Assembly (NCBI GenBank): GCA_951406725.2
Contig: OX597815.1
Span: forward strand, 50,282,001 to 50,346,000
From: Octopus vulgaris
Taxonomy: Eukaryota
Reading direction: 5' to 3'
DNA length: 64,000 nt
A program made the translations under genes and the position numbers. The notes beneath the pieces are model-generated. The model made no database searches. It was not told the origin of the DNA and worked only from the letters and a program-made list of their open reading frames with translations. Numbering within the stretch: the stretch's first letter is position 1; the number at the start of each line of letters is the position of its first letter. Below, one piece after another: positions 54,105-64,000 of the stretch.

Positions 54105-54313
54105 GTGATTCCAAATTTTGGCACAAGACCAGCAATTTCTGAGTGGAGTGGTGGCTGCAGGGTAAATTGATTACAGTGTTCAACTGATACTTAATTTATC
54201 GACCCTGAAAGGATGAAAAGTAAAGTCAACCTTGGCAGAATTAGAAATCAGAATGTGAAGCATTTTGCCTGGCATGCTAATGATTCTGCCAGCTGGTCAC
54301 CTTCAATCATAAC

Positions 54314-54357
<44 letters not shown>

Positions 54358-54404
54358 CAACAATGAGAATTATAATGATAATAACGATGATAATAATGAA
54401 AATA

Positions 54405-54676
54405 ATAACAAATAGAAAGTGCCAGGTGATTAACTTTACAATCCCAAATGATGAGAAAGTCAATAAGAGAAGTATAGAGAAAATAGCAAAGTACCAGGAC
54501 CTAGCCATTGAGTTACAGAGACTATGGAAACGTAAGTAAAATGTATCCCTGTAATTATAGGTGCATTAGGAACTATCCCTAAAGATTTGAACAGACAGAG
54601 GAAGTAGGTATAAAACCTAGTTTAGTGTTATTAGAGACAGCTAGAACACTTAGTCTAACCTGTTGTGCATATATGA

Positions 54677-54677
<1 letters not shown>
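54405..54677 (+). mobile_element. R4/Dong-like non-LTR retrotransposon 3' fragment
   Basis: RKCQVINFTIPNDEKVNKRSIEKIAKYQDLAIELQRLWK / KCIPVIIGALGTIPKDL matches the C-terminal half of the RLE endonuclease. (AAT)n on both sides. Confidence 0.85.
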
Positions 54678-54710
<33 letters not shown>

Positions 54711-54994
54711 GTGGAGACACGTGGCTTAGTGGTTAGGATGTCAGCATCATAATCATAAGATTGTGGTTTCAATTCCTGGACCAGACGACATGTTGTGTTC
54801 TTGAGAAAAACACTTCATTTCCTGTTGCTCCAGTCCACTCAGCTGGCAAAAATGAGTAACGCTGTGATGGACAGGTGTCCTGTCCAGCTGCGGGAACACA
54901 TACGCCATTGAAACCAGGTCCATGAGCCTGGCTAGGCTTTGAAAAGGGTGCATTTATTTTATTTTTTTATATAATAGCAATAATAATAATAATA

Positions 54995-55029
<35 letters not shown>

Positions 55030-55032
<3 letters not shown>

Positions 55033-55430
55033 GACTGGTCTTACTATCGAGGCAAGAAGACCAGATATGATTATACGGGATAAAATAAACAGTATAAGGA
55101 CATAGACTTTGCAACTCGCTGAGATAACAGAGTCAATACCAGAGAAATTTTTAAAATTGAGAAATGTTAGAATGTAGCCAGAGAATTGAAGAGACTTAGG
55201 AAGACTAAGACAACAATTATTCCTATGATAATTGGTGAACTAGGCACAAAATCCAAAATACTATATAAAAGACTGAAAGATATTGGAACGGAGACTCACA
55301 TTGTTGGTCTGCAGAAAAGTAGCATTTATAAGAATCCTAAGAAGGATTCTTGAGGTTTAAGAAGACTTGTCACCAAACCTCAAGATAGCATCCCAGCTGA
55401 TTAAAATATCATGTACTAGCTTGATGCGAT
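55030..55430 (+). mobile_element. R4/Dong-like non-LTR retrotransposon 3' fragment
   Basis: IEARRPDMIIRDK...IDFA...DNRVNTRE...ARELKRLRKTKTTIIPMIIGELGT includes the RPD motif of the PD-(D/E)xK endonuclease. Preceded by (AAT)n. Confidence 0.85.
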
Positions 55431-55614
55431 AATGATGATTTGGTGGAAGAGGCTAATCAATTACATCAATCCCAGTGCTCAACTGGTACTTATTTTATAA
55501 ACCCCAAAATGATGAAAGGCAAGTCAGTCTTAGATGAATTTGAACTCAGAACGTAAAGACAGATGAAAGGCTGCTAAGCATTTTGTCCCGCATGCTAATG
55601 ATTCTGCCAACTCT

Positions 55615-56025
55615 CTCTTTACTCTTTTACTCTTATACTTGTTTCAGTCATTTGACTGTGGCTATGCTGGAGCACTGCCTTTAATCGAGCAAATCGATTA
55701 AAGGCAGTACTTATTCTATCGGCCTCTTTTGCCGAACTGCTAAGTTACAGGGACATAAACACACCAGCATCTGTTATCAAGTGATGTTGGGGGACAAACA
55801 CAGACACACAAACACACACACACATACACACACACACACATATATACATATACATATATAAGACAGGCTTCTTTCAGGTACCATCTACCAAATCCACTCA
55901 CAAGGCTTTGGTTGGCCTGAGGCTGTAGTAGAAGACACTTGCCCAAGGTGTCACACAGTGGGACTGAACCCAGAACCATGTGGTTTGTAAGCAAGTTACT
56001 TACCACACAGCCACTCCTACACCTA
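55615..56025 (-). mobile_element. Octopus tRNA-derived SINE with an internal snap-back inversion
   Basis: Same family as 5965-6365. 55674-55708 is a 15-bp-arm hairpin replacing the family sequence. Confidence 0.85.
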
Positions 56026-56845
56026 TACGCCAACTCAATAATAATAATTGTAGCAAATTCTGGCACAAGGCCAGCAATCTTGTGGGAGTTAGTAAGTCAA
56101 TTACATCAAACCCAGGGTTCAACTGGTACTTATTTTATTGATTCTAAAAGGATGAAAGGCAAACTCAACCCACGTGGCATTTGAATTCAGAATGAGGAGT
56201 CAGAAGAAATGCCACTAAGCATTGTTCCCAGTACAGTTAACGATTCTGCCAGCTCACCACCTTAATAACAACAGCAATAATAATAATTTCAAATTTTGGC
56301 ACAAGGCCAGCAATTTCGGGGAAGAGAGTAAATCAATTACACCAATCCCCAGTGCTCAACTGGTACTTGTCATTCTTTTTGTCTTCTTTTCAATCACTAG
56401 AACATCTGTGATACAGCAACATCTGATGAGAGGTATTCCAGCTACGGAGATACCATCTTTCTTTTAAGACATACTCTAAAACCACTTTATTCAATTTGTA
56501 TTCCTGTAAGATGGAAGAGTGAGATTTGAGAGAAATTAGTTAAAATTTACTGTAGTTGATTTTAACAGGAACAGCAATTTTGTAAGGATCACCCTCCATT
56601 TTTTTCTTTTAATAGTCTTTCAAATTGCCATTGTCTTTTGTCTGTCTTATCAGAAAAACAATTATTTTCTCTGAACATCAGTGGAGGTATGTTTGACTCA
56701 ATGTAAAATGAGAATAATTAGCTTCTTTGCTATCTTTATTATTTGCATTATTATCGACAAATAAAATCAAAACTTAACTCAACTTGAACTTCAGGGACAC
56801 CAAACAGTATGCAATACTTCACAACTGAACAATTAGCACAGTAAT

Positions 56846-56901
<56 letters not shown>

Positions 56902-57509
56902 ATATATTAGATAAATATCATCATCATTTAACGTCTGTTTTCCATGCTGGCATGGGTTGGATGGTATGAGAAGTGCAAACAAACTAAAGAAATTGTGCCA
57001 CTTCTATTGTTTGTTCTGGGGATGGTTCCTATAAGTAGATGCCAAATGCCAACCATTTTACAGAGTGTACTTAGAGCTTTTTTCCATGAAAACAGCACTG
57101 GTGGGGTCACCAAGCAACTTGCAAGACAAAGTCCCCCTTGATTTAAGTGAGTAACATTGAGGAAGTGGCTTTGTGCCAATTGATAAGAGGCAAAAAGAAT
57201 AATAAAGGGATATAATGATACCCCAGTTGGAGAAGCAGGGAAAAGATGACAAATCTAGAAAGATAGAAATGCAGAGATGGAGAGCATGAGAATGAAATAT
57301 ATATGCATATATGTGTATATATATATTGATCGCTAGCCACCAAACCTTTTTTTTATTTTCTCTCTGTTTATATCTGTGTTCTTTTCTGTTGAAGAGCATA
57401 GGCTCGAAACGTAAGAGACTTCCTCACATCCCAAGCATTAAACCAATACATCTGTTTGTTGTTTACACACCCATCTTCATGTTTTGTTTTCTTTATTTTT
57501 TGTAATTCC

Positions 57510-57568
<59 letters not shown>

Positions 57569-57735
57569 CATGTATAAGGAGAAAAACAATTAGTCTTAAA
57601 TCTCTGAATGAGAAATAAGTAGTAACAGTACTACAGAGTAAAGTCTATTTGCCAAAGTAAAGTGGTAGTCTTGATTAGGACCTTGAACAAGAGAGCTAAT
57701 GTCCCCACTCAGCCTTATATATATATATATATATA

Positions 57736-58385
57736 TAACCCGGCATTGCCTGGGTTACTGCTGTCCTTATTCAGATTAGTAAACAAGAAATATAAAGATA
57801 TATTTTATTGTCATGATTATATCTAAATATCTATATTTTATTTTAAAATATCCAAATTGTAATCATAATAGAATTTTGAACTGAAAATCTGTCAATCTTG
57901 AAGCACCTCAGGTTAAACAATATTCATTGTGTACTTTTTTGTTAGTGTCCAAATGAATAAATTGTTGCAACTTTGAACCCATGAGCAGCCAACATAGTGT
58001 TGGCCATGAGAGAAGTATCTATTAGAGAGATGAAGTCCAAATACTTTGAGGGATTGACTCTGAGATTTGTTTACTGAAATACCAATACTTAGTTTGACTG
58101 GAAACTGAAGTCTCTTAAATTCAAATGGAACATCTGTAGGTATGAGAAAAAATTTTGGAATAAAGACATTTTTCTTCTTTGTGACTACTTTTTATGATTG
58201 TTTCATGTAGGGCATGGAGCTTCATGGAAGTAACAATTAAGCAAGTTCCATTACACAGGCGAGGTGGGTCAAGATTCTTAAGTAACATAATGGGAGCATC
58301 CAGCTTTAGTGTCAAGTTATGTGGTGGCAACCCAGTAGGTTTAAATGTATTCAGAAATTCAGCAGAGTATTGAAGAGCCTGGTAC
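57736..58385 (-). mobile_element. Helitron 3' fragment (PIF1-like helicase pseudogene plus subterminal hairpin)
   Basis: EFLNTFKPTGLPPHNLTLKLDAPIMLLKNLDPPRLCNGT and, after a frameshift, PFEFKRLQFPVKLSIGISVNKSQSQSL...FSHGQHYVGCS (helicase motifs IV-VI). Hairpin taacccggcattgcctgggtta at 57736-57757. Confidence 0.92.
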
Positions 58386-59112
58386 GAAATGATGGAAAAG
58401 TCATTTCTGGTGCATCTATTAACTTTCGAAGAAGTTTATGATTGAGTTTATCAACCATTTCATTAGTTGGAGCCAGTATAGGTCTTTCACATGGCCAGTT
58501 TACATGTGTCTAATTGGCAACCACACATACACTCTCACATACAATGACACACATTCTCTCACATACACTCACGTACATATACTAAGACACACTCAGAGAC
58601 ACATACTCATATACAAAATGTGTTGTCGTTGTGGTATAACATGTCCTTTACAATCTTGTACATATCAAACTTGCAAACACACACACATTCACAGACACAT
58701 ACACACTCATATACAAAATGTGTTGTCATCGTCGTCATCATAGTATAAAATGTCCTTTACTATAATTGACTATAGAAAGATTATTTTAGATAAAATGTTA
58801 CACTGTTTTAACCCAAATAAAAATTACATGTTAATACTTGTGGGATTTAATACTGTTACCTTGTAAAATTTGACTTGATTTGGTGCAGCCACTTGAGAAT
58901 GCATTGGGAACAGACAGACAAAGAAAGAATTTCATACACATATATATATATATATACATCCTTATACATGTATTTATATACATATACATACATACACACA
59001 TATATATATATATATATACATATATCAATATATGTATGTATATGTATGTATATATATATATATATATAAACATACATAAATATTATATACATATATTTAT
59101 GTACGTGTGTGT

Positions 59113-59164
<52 letters not shown>

Positions 59165-59936
59165 CGTGTGTGTGTGTAATAAAAATCAAGTTTATATCAT
59201 GTAATAAATATGACAACTCAGATCTAAATTTTCTGAACTTCCTGGAGAAATTTAAGCTTACTTTGTTTAGCAAAATTTTCATGAATAAATAAAAAGAAAA
59301 TACCAATATCTATGTGAAATTACTGTTTGATGCAAGATATTTGCATATAATATTGCAAGATATATAAGAACTTCACTAAAATTTGACAAGAGACAACTTT
59401 TCTGATAATAATTTATCTTATAAGTTCTGAAGATTAGATTTGTTTTTATTCTTTTATTAGGTAAAACAAAAAAAAAAGTATTCTAGCAAGAGCATTTTCT
59501 GTAGTCGATCATTAAAATGTCTTTATTCATGACTGGTGCCAAAAACCTGAAGCAATATTTGCAAGAAATTATCTTCTGTAATTTTTTTTATTTATTGTTT
59601 TTTAACTTCAACCATGCTTTCTATGATGTCTTCATTATATAAGTCTTGCCACTTGCTAAAGTTTTTCAAGTCACTTCTGATTAGTGTTCATATAAGAAAC
59701 AATGGATTAAAGTTATTTAGAAAGACAATTACTAATATGCATATTTAACTAATTCCCTGAGCTATATTGCAATATCCCATACCAACAGATAAGATGATTC
59801 TGTTGAAGATTTTACCATTATACAATACTGATTTCTTTCAGTTCTTAATCATATATCACATAAATAGCGTAGTGTAATTATAAAGTTGAAGAAGCATCGT
59901 AATCTCTCAAGTAATATGTAAGTGAAATAGCAAATA

Positions 59937-60303
59937 TGAGATCTGATCAAAAAGTATCAGGACTGTTGCTATGGTAACAGGGTTAAAGTAAACGGAGTGA
60001 AGCTGCTTGGAACAGACTGACCCTGAACTCTGTCACTCATGCTAAGTTATAATGTTCTCACTCACTTCTATTATTTAGAGCAGGGTTTGGAAGTAAAGTG
60101 TGTAGAGCGTGGTTGTCTCAACCACACCACAGAGGTTCTATCAGTGACCATAGCAGAGAAAATTCATCAACAAGATTTCTAGATGTTGATGAAATCCAAG
60201 AGAATGCAAAAGGGCAGCTGCTATCCCAAAAAATGAGTTCCAGGAATGCATCCATCAATGGAAAGGATGCAGGATAAAGTGTGTGGCTTCAGAAGGGGAC
60301 TAC
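59937..60303 (+). mobile_element. Mariner deletion derivative (5' end joined to C-terminal transposase remnant)
   Basis: TIR-like tgagatctgatcaaaaagtatcaggact (same family as 60872). C-terminal FQECIHQWKGCRIKCVASEGDY. Confidence 0.75.
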
Positions 60304-60871
60304 TGAAGTCAAGGATTATGGCAACATTGACCAACTAAAATAAGGAGACCATCCAGAAGAGTTGCAGGAGATGTCAGCTGGAGGCATTGAAGCCAATGGC
60401 GATTTTATTGAGTAAATTTACTCTTTAGTATTTCAAGATATTTTTACGTGATTTTCGTAAATATATCTATTAAAATGAGATGTCAGTGTTATTTTCATTT
60501 TTGTGTAATTTAGATGACAATATATTCACTGCACCCCGTATATGTGTGTGTAATCTCAAATTTTATTTAATTTGCTTTTTGCGGGAAGGAATGTTTCAAC
60601 GAAGTCGTGTCTTGCCTTGACCTTCGAAACGCAGAGTAGATGAAACAGAGGCGACTGAAGAAGGGGAATTTTCCTTGTGTTCTATGTCCTGTACTCTATT
60701 TTTTCGTTGGTTTTGTGTTTATCTTTTCGTTTCTCATTGTGTTCGACGTTTTTTTGGTGTCCTGTACCCATATATGCACGTATATATACATGTAGATGTA
60801 GGTATGTACATATATGTATGTATATATGCATATGTTTTATTTATTAATTTGTTAATATGTGTGTTTGTATA

Positions 60872-61731
60872 CGAGGTCTGATCAATAAGTATCCAGACTA
60901 TTGCCATAGTAAAGCACATAAAGTGAGGCCACTTGGCACAGATGACTTCGACCCCCTGCTATGCATGCACACTAAGTTTTGATGTTGTGGTACACTTTCG
61001 TTGTTTACAGCAGTGCTTGGAAGGAAGGTGTGTAGTGTGTGATTGTTGCATTAACCATGACAGAGAAAGTTGTAATGGCGGCACCTGCTCAGAGGTCTGT
61101 GCAAAGTTGCAGAAAGTGTTTGGAAAGGAGTGTATGAGCTGCACACATGTGGACAAGTGGTTCAGACGTTTCCAAGATGGCCGAAAAAATGTCAATATTG
61201 ACGAACATTCTGGGAGACGCACAACCAGTAGGACTGAGAAGAACATTGCAGATATGCATGCAGATGTGACGGGAAATTGTTGAATCACCATCCTTGATTT
61301 ATCAGAGGATGTGCAGATTAGTTACAGTTCAGTTCATTATCACTGAAGATTTGGGTATGAGATGCATATCTGCCAAGTTTGTGCCAAAACTGTTTTCAGC
61401 TGACCAAAAAGACACTCAGGTTTCAGTTGCACAAGATCTCCTTGATTGTATCGAGAACAATGAAAACTTTTTAAAAACTTTGCATAGGCCACTGAGCAGG
61501 TTTTGCCAAGCTTTTGGCAAAATTTGATGCAAATTCTCTGCTCAACTTTCTCTGCCATGGTTAGTGTAGCAACGATCACAAGGACTGCTGTAAACAGCAG
61601 AAGTGGGCTAGAATGTTAAAATTTAGTGCACATGCACAGCAGAGTTCAAGGTCAATCTGTGCCAAACAGCTTCACTCTGCATGCTTTAGCTTCGTTACAA
61701 TGGCAACAGTCCAGATACTTATTGATCAGAT

Positions 61732-61735
<4 letters not shown>
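60872..61735. mobile_element. Mariner-derived fold-back element with two 5' ends
   Basis: TIR cgaggtctgatcaataagtatc / gatacttattgatcagatcac. The plus strand encodes the HTH TCSEVCAKLQKVFGKECMSCTHVDKWFRRFQDGRKNVNIDEHSGR and AKFVPKLFS. The minus strand of the right arm encodes a second transposase start, MAEKVEQRICIKFCQKLGKTCS. Confidence 0.9.
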
Positions 61736-61767
<32 letters not shown>

Positions 61768-63189
61768 CACACACACATATGTGTGTTTACATACATAAGA
61801 TGCATATTACTGGAGCACCAATACAGCAACAGTAAGGGTTACAAATAAATAATCATACTCATTCATATCTCAAATGTATTTTATTTCATTGGGAAATTAC
61901 TTCTTCTGTGTGTGTGTGTGTGTGTTTGTGTGTTTGTGTGTGTGTGTGGTGAATTTGCATTCACCTTTCAAATTTTTATTTGCAGTTCAATGATGAATCA
62001 GGTAAAAACTATTAAATTTGAATAACTGATCCTGAAAAATTTCACCTCCTAAAGCAAGATGGTCGCAAGTTAATCTTCAACCAGGATTATCTATTGGATT
62101 AAAGCCTAAATGTTGTTCAGTGATGTCAACTATTTATGTATGCATAATTACTAGAGTTATAAAGAAAGGAAGAAATCAGAGACAGAGAAAAGGAAAGATA
62201 GAGATATATAGTGATAGACAGATAGACAGAGCGAGAGAGAGGGGAGGGTCACTAAAAGTTAGTAATTAGAAAACTGAGGGTTTAAAGCTTACTTCCCGGT
62301 TTAAATTTTGTTGTTATGATAGATTGATTAATCATAGATCATTTCTGTTTTACAGACCTGTGCTGGTGCCACGTTAAAAACAGCCAGTGCACACTGTAAA
62401 GTGGTTGGCATTAGGAAAGGCATCCAGATGTAGAAACCAAACCAAATCAGACTGGAACTTGGTGCAGCTCACCAACCCCATGCTAGCATGGAAAAGAGAT
62501 TTTAAGGGATGGTGATGAGATCTATGATCAGAAGTCATTCCATTAGTGACTATCTCATCAAAATGTATATTTAAAACTATGATGTCCAATGTACAAGTCC
62601 TATTTTATCATTTGGTGGCTACAATTTATGGCAAGTCTAGAAACTGTAGAAAGGCTTCCTCTATTGTTTTCATTCATTGTGTGCAGTGATATCTTACTGG
62701 TGTAAAGGTCAATACAGATAGGGGATTGTGATAGCATATTATTGTGTTGATCAATACAAAATAATTGTTGGTGATATATTACTGTGATATTTTGTACAAA
62801 ATAGTGAAATGAAGTATATTGCTCAAGGACACGACTTATCATTATGAATTGAGCAGGAATTGAACACACAACCTTATCATCATGAGCCAAGCACCCAAAT
62901 CATAGGCCTTGTACCTCCACCAAATTCAGTTGAAATATCGTATCTTGCAAGAATCAATTTTGCCTAATAAAAATACTGATGGGAGGGAAATAGTTGACTA
63001 CATTAATCTCAGTACTCAACTGGTACTTATTTTATCGACCTCAAAAGGATGAAAGGCAAAGTCAACCTCAGTGGAATCTGAACTCAGAATGCAAAGACGG
63101 CCAAAATACTGCTAAGTATTTTGCCCAGCATGCTAATGATTCTGCCAGCTCTCCAACTTAATAATGATGATGATGATGATGATAAAAGT

Positions 63190-63237
<48 letters not shown>

Positions 63238-63347
63238 ATAATGATGTAAAAGGATAATTTTAGTTTAATGCCAATTTATATTTCTAGCTATGTCATTTCC
63301 CCAAACTAAGTCTGAATGTAAGAATTACATAAATGCGACTATGAGGC

Positions 63348-63396
<49 letters not shown>

Positions 63397-64000
63397 AGAT
63401 ATATTGAGCAGAATAAAGCAAACAAAAAAAAAGGAAAAAAACAAGCAAGTAATGTCAAAATTTATTTGATCTCTACTCACAGCTATTCTAACTAAGGCTT
63501 TATTAGAATTATTTGCCTGAAGTGAGGAATTAATAACCAATTAACATGAAGTCTATAGAATCATATATTTATTCTTCTATGCTGTGAACTAATGAAGTTG
63601 GATTCTTGTCTTTCTAAGGATTCTCATTGCACAATAATGTCCAATAACTTATAAAACTATTTGCCATTAATGGATCTTAATAGCCAGGCAGAGATAAGAC
63701 ATGCATGCTCACACACTCACACACACACATGCTCAAATGCAAACTGACATAGACACACATGCATACACATGCAAAAATGCACACAGAAACAAATATACAA
63801 AAAACAAAACAAAAACAGGAAGAGAAATAAAACAAAAATTCCAATTAATGTTGAAGTCATATTTATTATTCAGCCAGATGTTAAAATTTCCGATGAAAAC
63901 AAACTTGAAATCAGACACTATAAAGAGTATATAAGAGCTTTTCTTTTTGGTTGATCTGGAAAGGTCGGTGACAAAAGAGGTCAATTCACTTGCAAGAGTC

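Noticed and set aside
60620-60670. GAAA...CTGAAGA as a type II hammerhead (sister copy at 8320-8365)
   Set aside because: Stem I cannot be paired in either copy. It is probably a Penelope-related remnant, but not supportable as a ribozyme.

Overview
AT-rich, microsatellite-dense animal genomic DNA, almost certainly Octopus: it carries the tRNA-derived SINE families and (TA)n/(TG)n/(AAT)n/(GATA)n repeats typical of that genus. I cannot recognise any intact host protein-coding gene, and nearly all ORF-track entries are microsatellite or repeat read-through. The window is a mosaic of decayed mobile elements: several SINE families, mariner, pogo/Tigger, piggyBac and hAT derivatives, a Helitron helicase fragment, RTE and R4/Dong-type non-LTR fragments, Penelope-like pLTRs and Gypsy LTR relics. 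By eye it has three CpG domains. The flanks (~1-19.4 kb and ~42.4-64 kb) are CpG-depleted, as expected for methylated gene bodies or introns. The centre is CpG-retaining and holds two promoter-like sites (~20.1 kb and ~27.3 kb). The most unusual item is a Gypsy gag-pro element at 8423-9613 bounded by INVERTED LTR-derived ends and a perfect 5-bp target-site duplication. Also notable are a minimal hammerhead ribozyme at 27027-27072, a cluster of (TAA)n-associated RLE retrotransposon tails, and a recurring set of fold-back or templated inversions, including a ~320-bp-arm hairpin at 6558-7416. Coordinates of decayed repeats are approximate. All alignments were done by eye.
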